DNA of 64,000 nucleotides from Epithemia pelagica (GCA_946965045.2 OX337239.1:1-64000); one strand, 5' to 3'. Counted from the stretch's first letter, positions 1 to 11,700 are shown. Made by a program: numbers and translations. Notes: generated by a model from the letters alone, not told the origin.

Positions 1-562
1 CCCTAACCCTAACCCTAACCCTAACCCTAACCCTAACCCTAACCCTAACCCTAACCCTAACCCTAACCCTAACCCTAACCCTAACCCTAACCCTAACCCT
101 AACCCTAACCCTAACCCTAACCCTAACCCTAACCCTAACCCTAACCCTAACCCTAACCCTAACCCTAACCCTAACCCTAACCCTAACCCTAACCCTAACC
201 CTAACCCTAACCCTAACCCTAACCCTAACCCTAACCCTAACCCTAACCCTAACCCTAACCCTAACCCTAACCCTAACCCTAACCCTAACCCTAACCCTAA
301 CCCTAACCCTAACCCTAACCCTAACCCTAACCCTAACCCTAACCCTAACCCTAACCCTAACCCTAACCCTAACCCTAACCCTAACCCTAACCCTAACCCT
401 AACCCTAACCCTAACCCTAACCCTAACCCTAACCCTAACCCTAACCCTAACCCTAACCCTAACCCTAACCCTAACCCTAACCCTAACCCTAACCCTAACC
501 CTAACCCTAACCCTAACCCTAACCCTAACCCTAACCCTAACCCTAACCCTAACCCTAACCCT
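1..562 (+). repeat. Telomeric tract (CCCTAA)93 plus CCCT; left chromosome end
   Basis: Perfect CCCTAA repeats from base 1 to 558, then CCCT joining unique sequence. Confidence 0.99.
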
Positions 563-2538
563 TCTATGCATCAAAGGAAGAAGGATGCCAAGAGACTATA
601 TACGAGATATACCACAATGCAAATGGTCAAGGGGAGCTCAACGAGACCTACCATCTGGCCCCACTGTCCATCCCAGACCTTGACTGTGCCTTGAAAATTT
701 TGTATGGCGGGACTGCTCTGTATCGAAGTACCGAGCAACAACAGATGGTTTATACGACAATCAATCAAAAGCATGAAAACTATCATGTCTCCCTTGAATG
801 TGGAGGAGGCAAGAGCCTAGCATGGACTCTACCTGTTTTTGCAAAGACTTATTTTGGGCGCCACTTGGCGGGACTACACATTGTCATCCTACCCTACAAG
901 TTTCTTGCAGCCTTTCATGTGTCCCAGCTACAACAGCTTTTCGATAAGAAGGTTGTTGCCAAGATTGCCTTTCTACAAAATTCAATGGTCAGCCAGAATT
1001 CCTATCCAGATTTTCTTGACGATGTGGGAGGAAATTTTCCAGATGTGATGTTCTGTACGGTGGACTCGATCGGGAGTCTTTTCAAATTTCACCGTCTCTT
1101 TGTGCATGAACTGTCATCAAAACACAAAATTGCCCAATTTTATCTCGATGAAGTGCATACACTACTCAGTGAACAGTTCAGAATGGCATATGACAACATA
1201 CGGAACATCGGGCAATTTGGGGCGCCCCTCACCACACTCTCTGGAACTCTTCCCGGGCCTCTGGTAGAAAGTCTTTATGAATACTTGGGTCTTTGTCGCG
1301 ATCGATTGATTGCGGGGAGAACTCTATTGGGAATCTTCCCTAAGGGTTTCCGAATTGAGACAGTCCAATCATCACAACTAGTCCATGACACAGTGATCTG
1401 CACCAAAGGCAAAGTAACCACAGAGTCATCAACCTGTGTACATGTGAATGTGGCAACTAAACAGCAGTGTACCGACATTGCACAGTGCCTCAAGCAATCA
1501 ACCAACCTTTCTGTTGAAGCTCTGTCATCGGATGAGCCTTCAAGTAGACAAGAAGCAGTTGCCCAGCAGTGGAGATCTGGGGACATCCGAATCTTGGTCT
1601 TAACAACATGTGCACTATGTGGTAATGAGAATCACAATTGTCGACATGTGATTGTATGCGGCATGATATACAGTCTAATGAACATAGTCCAAGCTGTGGG
1701 GCGCCTACGGCCAAGTCAGAGAAAGCCTGATGGGAGTGTCACATTGTTGTATAGCACAGGACACATGGCAAGGGATCTCCAAGAAGACCAGACATTGAGG
1801 CTACTTGAAGACAAAGGATTACTGACTGGATCTGAATCAAGAGCTCACCTTGAGTTGGTGTTTGGCTCAAGTTCAATAGCAAAGTGGCTGGCCAAAAGAT
1901 CATGCCGAGTACAAGGTCTGTCAAGACGATTCGGATTGGAGGTGGATTGCTGTGGTGTGTGTGATTGGTGTGTTGAACAATCAAATCAAAGTGGACACTC
2001 CAGAGTCAGGGAGAGGGTCAGGAATGAAGACATTGATGCGGAAAAGGCTGAATCCTATCTGGCAAGGCTTACAAGAGAATGCATTGTGTGCAAGGAGGCA
2101 GGATGCAATGGTGAAAGCTGTCTGCCCTATGGAGCATGCTTCAACTGTGGTCAGCCAGGTCACCAGAGAGGACAGTGCCGAGTCGATTTCCGAACAGTCT
2201 TGAGCAACAAGGCCTGCTTTTACTGCTTTGATGTGTTCAGCAGGCGCGGCTACAAGCAACACCATCCCAGTGCATGTCCTTTACAACGAAGATTGAAGCG
2301 GCTGATGATCGATGTATATGAGTCAAGGAAGACCAATGGACAATCCAGAGCAATGACTGATTTCATGTCTGAAGTAACATGCGACAGCCATTCGTTTCAT
2401 GCTTTTCTGTGTCAGAGTGTTGAACAACGGATGGGCATGACAGTGACACAGACACCTCATGCAACCACAGCAGCCAGACCATCTGTGGCACGACCAGCTC
2501 TACCAAGGAATCCATATGCAAAGAAAGCATTCAAGTAG
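559..2538 (+). pseudogene. 5'-truncated tyrosine-recombinase/RecQ helicase gene (family A); helicase and C-terminal Zn domains intact
   Basis: The frame of ORF 691-2538 is open back to 559 (PFYASKEEGCQETIYEIYH...). Motifs: ECGGGKS (I), ILPYKFL (Ia), YLDEVH (II), LSGT (III), QAVGRLRP (VI), RQC-like CRV..CGVCDWC and CxxC knuckles. Colinear with the C-terminal half of ORF 16466-20260. Confidence 0.88.
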
Positions 2539-2769
2539 ATAGTATTAAGTTAGTAGTTACAATGTGTCGGGTTAAAGACCATCATCAAAAGGCCCATAGA
2601 AGAGTCATCTCACAAAAAATCTAATCACGTCTCACAAAAAAATATTAGGCCCAAAGAAGGGTCATTTCACACAAAAATCTGACCCAGTCACACTTGTAGT
2701 GACGGGAAATGATACTAGTCGAGCTAGGAATAACTAATAAGCATGGGCATAGGTATGACTAGAATAGGG

Positions 2770-2942
2770 CTGTTCTATTGGGCTGTTCTGCAGTGGGACA
2801 GCAGGCTGTTCTGCAGTGGGACAGGGCACTTCTGCAGTGGGACAGAGGGCGATTCTGCAGTGGGACAAGTGGGATGGGGGCTGTTCTGCAGTGGGACGCT
2901 AGAGTCTACGTAGGCCTACGGACAGGCACTTTCTCCTTAGGG
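2770..2942 (+). mobile_element. Family A element terminus: five TTCTGCAGTGGGAC iterons, overlapping palindromes CTACGTAG/TAGGCCTA, ending CCTTAGGG
   Basis: Identity to the copy at 28559-28730 stops exactly at CCTTAGG; the last 33 nt recur at 22391-22423. Confidence 0.8.
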
Positions 2943-3639
2943 TCTTCTTGCAAAATTTGCTCACATCTAAGGAGGGAAATGGGCCCCGGCGCTTGATTTC
3001 CACCCCCAAAAGCGAATTTCTAGAAAAAATTCGCCGAATTAAAATTTTTTATGCGCAGTTTATTTTTATATGCGCAGTTTTTAACTATAATCCTGCTTTC
3101 CCAACTAAATCTGCAAATCTAGGTCTAACAATGCACATTTCTCTAGCTAGTTCTAGAGATCGAGCTGACTATCACGCGCATGCCACAATTTTAATGCGCA
3201 CAAGCCCGCGATCAAACCACGAATAACGCGCGCCACACTCCGATAATGCGCACTACAACTATCTGGCGCGCTCGACCCCCCCCCGAGACGCGCATGACGC
3301 AACCCTCATGCGCAAGCGTCTGTCCCCTCACCTTTGAATCACGAATTTCCACTCCCACCACATCACACAGCAGCTGCCAGAAAGACTGACGCACATGGAT
3401 GTCCCAAAGAATGTCTCAGATGGATCCTCCTTCCCAATCACCCAAACCGCGGGGATTACCAACTCGACACTCTGATCCATCGAACAAAACCGAACAACTT
3501 AGCATACTAGTCATTCAACAATCAACGACCACCAGAATCGATGCTCATTCATCTCCCTCCACCTCCACCCAACACACCACAACAAACAACAACAGCAGCA
3601 GCAGCAACAACAACAATCGTTCACCCAACGCTATCGAGA

Positions 3640-4560
3640 TTCCCCTGTTCAATCCCATTATCTATCCAGCTTCTTTCATCAACCTAACAGCTCTGCCATT
3701 CCAATCACGCTACAATTAAAGCGGCTTGGGGCATCTGTCTGATTGTTTCTTGGTTCCTTTTCAGCCACCTTTTTGTTGCCTGCTTTCTCTCTGCCGAGAT
3801 TCCCTTTTCAATCCTTTCACCTATCCAACTTCTTTCATCAACCTAACAGCTCTGCCATTCCAATCACGCTACAATTAAAGCGGCTTGGGGCATCTGTCTG
3901 ATTGTTGCTTGGTTCCTTTTCAGCCACCTTTTTGTTGCTTGCTTCCTCTTCAGCCACCTTCACTCCAAAACCGCTGCACCAGAAGAAGAGGAAGAGGAAC
4001 TCAAGCACGGCCAGAGCATTCGAGACATTGACACTTGCACTATCTTGCAGCTCTGCCATTCCAATCACGCTACAATTAAAGCGGCTTGGGGCATCTGTCT
4101 GATTGTTGCTTGCTTCCTTTCAACCACGACCTTCACTCCAAAACCGCTACAACACTTCACTCCAAAACCGCTGCACCAGAAGAAGAGGAAGAGGAACTCA
4201 AGCACGGCCAGAGCATTCGAGACATTGACACTTGCACTATCTTGCAGCTCTGCCATTCCAATCACGCTACAACTAAAGCGGCTTGGGGCATCTGTCTGAT
4301 TGTTGCTTGCTTCCTTTCAACCACGACCTTCACTCCAAAACCGCTACAACAGGAAAACAAGAAGAAGAGGAACCCAAGAAGAAGAACGACCACCAGAGCA
4401 TTCGAAATATTGTCGACATTTGTCCTATCTTTGACACTTGCACTATCTTGCAGCTCTGCCATTCCAATCACCACGCTACAATTAAAGCGGCTTGGGGCAT
4501 CTGTCTGATTGTTGCTTGTTTCACTCAGCTCTGTCCTTCACTCCAATCACGCTATTACAA
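3640..4560. repeat. Degenerate tandem repeat, about 160-210 bp unit, 5 copies plus a partial
   Basis: Core CAGCTCTGCCATTCCAATCACGCTACAA(T/C)TAAAGCGGCTTGGGGCATCTGTCTGATTGTT near 3688, 3848, 4048, 4245 and 4451. Confidence 0.9.
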
Positions 4561-5019
4561 TTGAAGCGGTTTCGGGCTATCTGTTAGATTGTTTATCAAG
4601 AACCCTCCTGTCCTCGTGATACTCGGACTTGAATAGAACAGACCCAAAGCAAGCAGTGTGACACGGTGGTAGCCAGTTGCTTCTGTTCTATTCTTGTCGC
4701 GAGATTGCTTGGACAACCAACCAACCCCTGGTTTTGGAGTAGCAAATTCTGGCACCGATTGTTGGATCACAACGAACAAGACGCTACACATAAAGCGCGT
4801 CGTAGTGTATTCCTTCGATTTGGTTGTTGTTTTGTTACCACTAGAGTTCAGGACCAAACCAAAGACGCTACACAATTCAGCGCACACTTTTTACTGTTTA
4901 GACAAGTACACAAGGTTGTCTCAAAGACGCTACAATTAAAGCGCTTCCTCGACTACCCTTGTTGTTGTTGTTGTTGAAACAAAGACGCTACACAAAAAGC
5001 GCATCGTGACAAGTACAAA

Positions 5020-6114
5020 ATGGCGGGCAACCGCATCAAGGGCCCTCGCTACAAAAAACCACCGACCGCCAAGAATCCTGGTGACCCTTCTTCAATGAAT
5101 GATGAAGTGCGAAACAAAAGAAAGGACGTGTCGACTATGACTGTTTCTGGTACCAATCATACACTTCGAACACACACAAGCGAGGAATCTCACTACACCG
5201 GTATTATGCCCATTACATACGAAAGTGTCCTCAATTGGTATGAAAGTGTTTTTCAAGACAAATCAGGAAAATGGACAACAGTGGAGGTACCACATGACGG
5301 CCATTATGTGAAGATATTCCTACCAATCTGTTATTCGCCTGCATTCCAAGATATCATCTGTCACTCCGTTTTCTGTTTCACAAGAATTAAGAACGAGATG
5401 GATGATGATGACAAGTTGACTCCAATGGTTGCTCGACTGTTGTTCAAAAAGACTCTCTACAGTCCTGTTTCCAATATTTGGAATCAGGCATTTGGGACGA
5501 CAGTGATAGACGGTGCTGAGAATCTGAGACAAACCATTATCAGATTTCTTTCCTCTCATGGCTTAGTCTCTAAGAAGACACGCAAGGGGATCGGTGGGAT
5601 TGGAGAAGCATTGAAACGATACCTTCTAGATGATTCCTCCCTTTACAGGAAACCGCGTCTCGTACCTGTTGGTAAAATCGCATGGGTTATCGAACATATG
5701 GTGGCCATACACCGTTTCATCTCAGAATCGACATCGGACGAGAACATGGACGTGATTTCCAATATCCAAATGGAGAAAGCACTGTTGTATACGATGCCTG
5801 ACACATGGTTCAAGATGTACCTTGAAGAAAGAGATTCTTTGGTACAATATGGAAGAAACGGAGACGATGACGGAATGTTCTACGATCTACTGCATTATAT
5901 AGAAAAACAAGAGGTACTGTCTGCCAGGAAATCGAAAGAAATTGCCGTGCAACGTCGGAGTATAGACTCGCCGGCAAAAAAGAGACAGAAGGTCGTCGCT
6001 GGTAATGATCCTACGGACGAGAAAAAGGATCAAGTACTACCAACTTCCATTACAACGTCGAACCAAGTTGCCCCAAATGGTCTATACGAAAATTTGGAGA
6101 CATTCGAGTTCTAG
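5020..6114 (+). CDS. Hypothetical protein, 364 aa, basic NLS-like motifs
   Basis: Long ATG-initiated ORF with globular composition; PAKKRQK motif; no family recognised. Confidence 0.6.
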   Translation: MAGNRIKGPRYKKPPTAKNPGDPSSMNDEVRNKRKDVSTMTVSGTNHTLRTHTSEESHYTGIMPITYESVLNWYESVFQDKSGKWTTVEVPHDGHYVKIFLPICYSPAFQDIICHSVFCFTRIKNEMDDDDKLTPMVARLLFKKTLYSPVSNIWNQAFGTTVIDGAENLRQTIIRFLSSHGLVSKKTRKGIGGIGEALKRYLLDDSSLYRKPRLVPVGKIAWVIEHMVAIHRFISESTSDENMDVISNIQMEKALLYTMPDTWFKMYLEERDSLVQYGRNGDDDGMFYDLLHYIEKQEVLSARKSKEIAVQRRSIDSPAKKRQKVVAGNDPTDEKKDQVLPTSITTSNQVAPNGLYENLETFEF

Positions 6115-6421
6115 AAGCATGTCATTGTTCCATGTCCATGGAATTTTGCAAAGCCACACCGATAGGTCAGCCCAGCGAGTGAAACGCGACCATGTTGGGA
6201 ATGATTACACTTATCCTCACAGTATGTGGTAATACTCACAGTGAATAGTATAGTGTGACGATTTCTGTACACAAAGGCGACCGATCGGTTATCCGTGGAT
6301 CTATTTCCAGTTGAACTCTCGTTCATATGACAGCAGAGGTTTCATAAAAATCCAAAGAAGAAGCAACAAGTACAGGTATTTGCATTCACAGCAAAACGAA
6401 GAGAAGGAGACTGCAAACAGA

Positions 6422-7378
6422 ATGGCTGACAATCCAGAGGACCAACCGGAGGATGAATCGGGAGATGAATCGGAGGAAGAAGAATCGGAGGAAGAAGATT
6501 TTTATGTTCGGGAACGTAGACGACGACGAGAAATGCGGGCGATCAACGACAGGAACTTGGAAGTGAATGATCGGCCTTGTTTCAGGGACGCTGGGAGGAT
6601 CTTTTTTGATTACGATAATGAAGAAGAAGATGTACCACAAGTCATAGAACAACTCAGAGAAGAGATGCGTGTCGGTCATGAAATCCAGACTGAATTCAAA
6701 CGGTTGGTGGACGAAATGCTTAGAGGTGAGAAACTCTGTCCATACTGTGTTATCCTTGGTCGTCCCACACCACATCACCAGTGCAATCATGGAAATACTA
6801 CAGTGGTAACACGTGCGGCATATCTCGATTATTCAGTTATCTGGCAGCAGAATTTTTTGATGCGTTGTAACTTATGTCACCGCCACAGGCATCCAACATT
6901 TCATTGTCAGGTGTGTAGGGAATGTTTCCGAATTCCCGAACGCTCAATACCTTTTGGGATTCCACAACCAGATTTGGATTCATGCAGTGTCTGTGTGGAA
7001 TCTGAGAACAAGCACTTCGTGTGGCAGTTCTGTATGCTCATACGCCATATTGTGGCGCGTACTTTTCAAATAACATCATTTTACGATGGTGTGAACTTTC
7101 CCCGTCAAATCACCTGGCCAATGTTTACTATTGTCCGCAGCTTTTGGCTTGAGGAATTGCGATCCCGTTTCTATTTTGATGATAACGATTGTGCCCCATA
7201 CGATTATGCCCGAGCATCTGATAAAACATGGGCAGTATGGTTGCTTTCGTTGCCTCATTCTACGGCTGGTTTTCGCAACTACATGCCACTCTTTGTCAGG
7301 TGCTTCCGTAATTGTCTCGAAAGAATGGCTGAGACGGCGGAGTTGGAACGTGGAAATATGGATGGTAATGATCATTGA
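6422..7378 (+). CDS. Hypothetical Cys/His-rich (putative Zn-binding) protein with acidic N-terminus; paralog of 7440-8567
   Basis: ATG at 6422 inside ORF 6311-7378; CPYC, CxxC pairs, NKHFVWQFC and WAVWLLS...NYMPLFVRCF. Confidence 0.7.
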   Translation: MADNPEDQPEDESGDESEEEESEEEDFYVRERRRRREMRAINDRNLEVNDRPCFRDAGRIFFDYDNEEEDVPQVIEQLREEMRVGHEIQTEFKRLVDEMLRGEKLCPYCVILGRPTPHHQCNHGNTTVVTRAAYLDYSVIWQQNFLMRCNLCHRHRHPTFHCQVCRECFRIPERSIPFGIPQPDLDSCSVCVESENKHFVWQFCMLIRHIVARTFQITSFYDGVNFPRQITWPMFTIVRSFWLEELRSRFYFDDNDCAPYDYARASDKTWAVWLLSLPHSTAGFRNYMPLFVRCFRNCLERMAETAELERGNMDGNDH

Positions 7379-7439
7379 CATATATTATAAATCTTGTTAT
7401 CTGTTCCCAGTTTGCCTTTCGATGAAGTCGAGAGTTTGT

Positions 7440-8567
7440 TTAATACAATGGTTTCGATGAAGACATCAAGGCTGTGTAACAATGACGGAAGAACGGCATG
7501 TAATTGTAGTATCGACCGAAAGACATGGAGACAAGCCATTTAGACCAGGAGTCTTGGTCAAGAACATGACAAAATGGAGATGTGTACTGAGAAGACTCCA
7601 TCGGATCTCGCAGTTCGTTGTACATCAACTCTGTTGCGTTTTTGATAATATCCTGTGCATGTTTGGGAATCGTGCCTGGTCCTTTGCAATTGGGCTTCAA
7701 TTGTGAGTACACCAACGCCCGTCCAGCAATATGACAGAATCGCCAGACGAAGTACTTGTTGCAAGAGTTCCAACAACCATGCGAGAAGACGCATTCTGAA
7801 TAAGAATTGCATGGCCTTAAGCAAAACTTACACACCAATGGAACCTTGTTTATGTCTGATTCTTCGCGTGTGATATTCATCGAATCATGGAAATACAGGG
7901 CTTCGGTGCAACAACGTTCATTCCCACCTGAATCACATCCGTTCATGGGCACTCCACAACCATAACAACAATCGGCACATGAGAGAGATTTACCGAAGCG
8001 ATGCCAACATTTTCCTGTAAGTCTACGATCTGTTGAAAGGTTGTCGGTTACAAAACACCAAGGACAGACTGGCTCTGGGGGAACATCATTGGATCCATAG
8101 ATTTTATTGACAAGCTCAGTGAACCGAATAACTTCGAGATGCAGCTTATCTCGGTTTGCTCTTGGTTTACACATTGGAGGAGAGTCATGTAATAGCAAGA
8201 TTGGAATAGTAGATGGATCGGCAACCTTGAGCTTCTTCTTATATGGGTTTGGGATCAACTGATACGATGGGCGCTTGATTGGTGGAAGTTTCTTCTCCTC
8301 TTCTTCCTTGGTATCAAGCTTAGAAGACGGAAGTGGATGACATTTGATTATTGATTTGGACGCAGGCGGTGGCTTCTTGTCATGTTCACCGTCGCAAGTT
8401 TTCAGGGTTGGAGAGTGCGTTTTGACCATGGGGGTCTCTATTTCCTCTAGCTCGTATGGGTTGATCATCATTTCTTCATTAGATGGAGGTATCTTTGTGA
8501 CTGGAAAGTTTGGTTTGACCACCAAGGGTGGAACTGTTTTCTTCCTCGATTTGTATGGGTTGATCAT
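7440..8567 (-). CDS. Hypothetical Cys-rich protein with three NPY motifs; paralog of 6422-7378
   Basis: CPWC, CxxC pairs, NKYFVWRFC and WSKWLVS...NYMPFFRHCY match the neighbouring convergent gene. Confidence 0.7.
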   Translation of the reverse strand: MINPYKSRKKTVPPLVVKPNFPVTKIPPSNEEMMINPYELEEIETPMVKTHSPTLKTCDGEHDKKPPPASKSIIKCHPLPSSKLDTKEEEEKKLPPIKRPSYQLIPNPYKKKLKVADPSTIPILLLHDSPPMCKPRANRDKLHLEVIRFTELVNKIYGSNDVPPEPVCPWCFVTDNLSTDRRLTGKCWHRFGKSLSCADCCYGCGVPMNGCDSGGNERCCTEALYFHDSMNITREESDINKVPLVCKFCLRPCNSYSECVFSHGCWNSCNKYFVWRFCHIAGRALVYSQLKPNCKGPGTIPKHAQDIIKNATELMYNELRDPMESSQYTSPFCHVLDQDSWSKWLVSMSFGRYYNYMPFFRHCYTALMSSSKPLY

Positions 8568-8762
8568 TGTTTGAAGAGGAGTAGAATAGCCTTACTGACT
8601 GAAGACTGAGGATGACTTTTGGAAAACGATGGAAAGTATCTACTATTTCATCCAATTTGTGTGTGACACTCTGAGTTGAATTGGTCGGCTCGCGTACGGT
8701 TGGGGGGGAGATTAGGAGGGGAGTGCTGGTATGTGACAACCCCCCATAGAGGCAAATTATGA

Positions 8763-11700
8763 TCATGACGTCGAATTGCTAACGGATTGTTTCAATCTTT
8801 CTTTCATTTCATTACAGCGTTTCTCGAGATTGTCACGGGCACTTTCATTGAATTCGGAAGCCCATTCTTTGATGTTGCGTATGGCCCAGACATTGTCACT
8901 AAAGTTTCTCAAATTACGACTGTCTTCTTGGAGTAAATCTTTTTCAAGTGAAGAATGGAAATATGTTGGGATAGAATCACGGTCTTGAATCATTTCTGGG
9001 TTCTCATCCACTACACCAACAACCTCAACAATATTCCGGAGTGGAACCATGACAATTTCAGCTATTCGATGTAGGTCAAAACGCTTACGCCATTTTTGAA
9101 AGAGAATGGATGATTTCTCGATATCAGCTGTACTCCGTACATATGTTGTTCGGAGAAGGACATGGGTCATCTCGGGTGAAGTTGAAGGTTGACATACCGG
9201 TGATGGTTGCATTTGTATGTGGTCTGTTCGAGTAATGGGTATTTGAATGAAGCATATCGTTTGACATAGGATGGTATCAAATTCTCCGAGAGGTTGGTTG
9301 TATACCTCATCAAGAGGTTTCCTTTTTTTCTTTGGAACTTTAGCCATCACCCAATCTCTCCATGGCCCCTCGCTTTGATAATTCGGATGAGCCCGTATAT
9401 TTCCTATCCTGGGGTCTTCGAACTTAAGTTCTGTGCTCCCGAACAATTCCAGTGTGGTTGAAGTCTCATTTGTTGGATCATCACTCATCCCGTCTATATG
9501 ATGAAAAAAGCGTTTGTAATGTAATCGAAAGAAGTGATTACAAAACTGTGGCAATGTCATGTCATGATTTGTTTTGGAATGGAATTCGATATTCACTGAT
9601 ACCACATCCTCCTCGTGTGGTGCTGCTGTCAATCGCCTGTGTACACTACTCGTCTGGTTTCGGTTTGATCCGTCTTGTTCTTTTCTGGTCGTGCCTGGAA
9701 CTTGAATCGACATACCCAATGGAGACGGAAGATCCTTGTCTATTTCATCTGATGACTGGTCTTGATTATCACCAGAAGTATGTACGTTTGTGTGAGGTAC
9801 TGGAATCAAACATTTTTCTCTGGTCATGGATACTACTATGACCGTTCCACGGCTATTCGAGGTTGATGTGGTAGGGAGTTGGTTTTGGGATCCCTTTTTT
9901 CTCCTTATTTCATAAGGCGACTTCCCTTCCTGGAGAAAGGTGACATGATCTTCTTCAAGACCTGTTGCTTCCTGCAGCATTTCCAAGCTTTGCATCCACC
10001 AGATATTTTCTGCAAGTTGCGACTCAAAAATTCCTTTTCCACGTTTCTGTACCGTTTTTGCATTCAATTTCACAATTTCCTTATGATTACTTTCCTCTGA
10101 CTCCACATCAAGCAGTCGTGCTGGTCCAAAATTCTGAATCTGTTGTATAATGTGTATGAGATTGTGGAATTTTGGTATCATCCACCCGTTGGACATCAAT
10201 TTGCCTTTTTTATCGAGCCTGGGTGCATATCTCCTGATGCCATCCATCAAAATCCGCACTGATTCGAGAGACTTGGATGCTGTTGTTTGTCCTTCTTGTG
10301 AGTCTGGGTCTGTTTCCCAGAATGTATCCATACGAATCCAGCTGTTGAAACACAAAAGAGTCTCGAATAGATGCAGGAAGTCTATGTATGGTTCCCGCTC
10401 ATCAACATCCCAGATAGACCTGTAAGCAACTGGGTCATCATCAAAAACAGTTTCAGCTGTGATATCAATGTCAACACTATCATCATCATCAAGACGTGTA
10501 CGTTCGTACTCTTCATCTGGTGGAGTATCATCCTCATTGTCAGCAATAGGTTCACTTGTCTCTTGCACTTGATCCAAGTCCGCTTGACATGTCTTGTTGG
10601 TGGTTTTGGATGTTTGCTTTGCTTGTCGTTTTTTCCATTCCGCAACCACCTTGTTCCATTTCTTTGCCATATTCTTCGCGAATATAAGGCGACCTCTGGC
10701 AGTGGCACATAGAGCTGCTGAAGCAAACATGATCCCAACCCACTCATTGGCAGTTACTTTTGACAGGTTACTGATCCCGGTCGAGAATGATGTTCCGGGA
10801 TATCCAAGTTTCGATGAATACGAGAATACAGTCTGTCTACTTGCCCGAAAGATTGAATTGTAGACATAATCAAACATGGCCCGTTCAGTTTTTGTCATCA
10901 ACGTGAAAAAGTCAATCATGATGTATCTCATTATCCCAGATTTCAATGTATGAAGAACATCACAACTACTGGCCGAGAAAATCCCATGTTCAGAATTGGT
11001 TCCTTCACCCAGGTAAACCTTGGAAAAACAAAGATCGACTGCATATTGTCCCATGTCATGCAATTGGGTTTTTGCAGCTGACACAAGGGTATTAACCCCT
11101 CCATCTCTGCTATTTTCTTGACTTACTTGCGATGTGCTCAAACAGGTAGGAACAGTCAAAGTCGAAAATGTATCATTGTCTCTCTCTTGGTAATCAACAT
11201 CCTGTTCAGTCAGTTTTTCTCGATTTTCATTAAGACCCAATGCATTCAAGCACATTTTGTATGTACTTGCAGCATTAATATAAGAACATTCATGCCATGG
11301 GTATCTGCTATCCCTTGGTTTAATGTTGCAACACCATGATAGTCTTCCAACACTTGGATGATGCGAGGCATACCGACCTGCAAGGTTATCCTGAGACTTC
11401 CCGTCTCCTTTGACAACAATCATTGGCAATATCAAACGGACAACTTTGATAATCCCATGGAGACGTAGTTTCATCCATAAACCTTCCTGTTTTTGGATAC
11501 TGACAAGACCTTCGAGGATCTTAGTCAATTGAGCATGATAATTTCGGCAAGGAGTCCCTTTATCGAGGATATGTTTTGCCGCTGATGATTTTCTTTCCAT
11601 GTCTGTAATAGTCCCAAGGATGATCTGTCGCCTTGCTTTCCTCATTTGTGTTTCCGTTAGAAAAGATGGCACCATTACAACAGGCTCCGATGTATATCTT

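Noticed and set aside
1338-1345. CCCTAAGG as an opposite-facing terminus
   Set aside because: It lies within the continuous helicase frame (FPKG) with no homology break or iterons.
3640-4560. CRISPR-like array, also considered for 23881-24700 and the iterons
   Set aside because: Eukaryotic context, no cas genes, and the inter-repeat sequences are related to one another rather than unique spacers.
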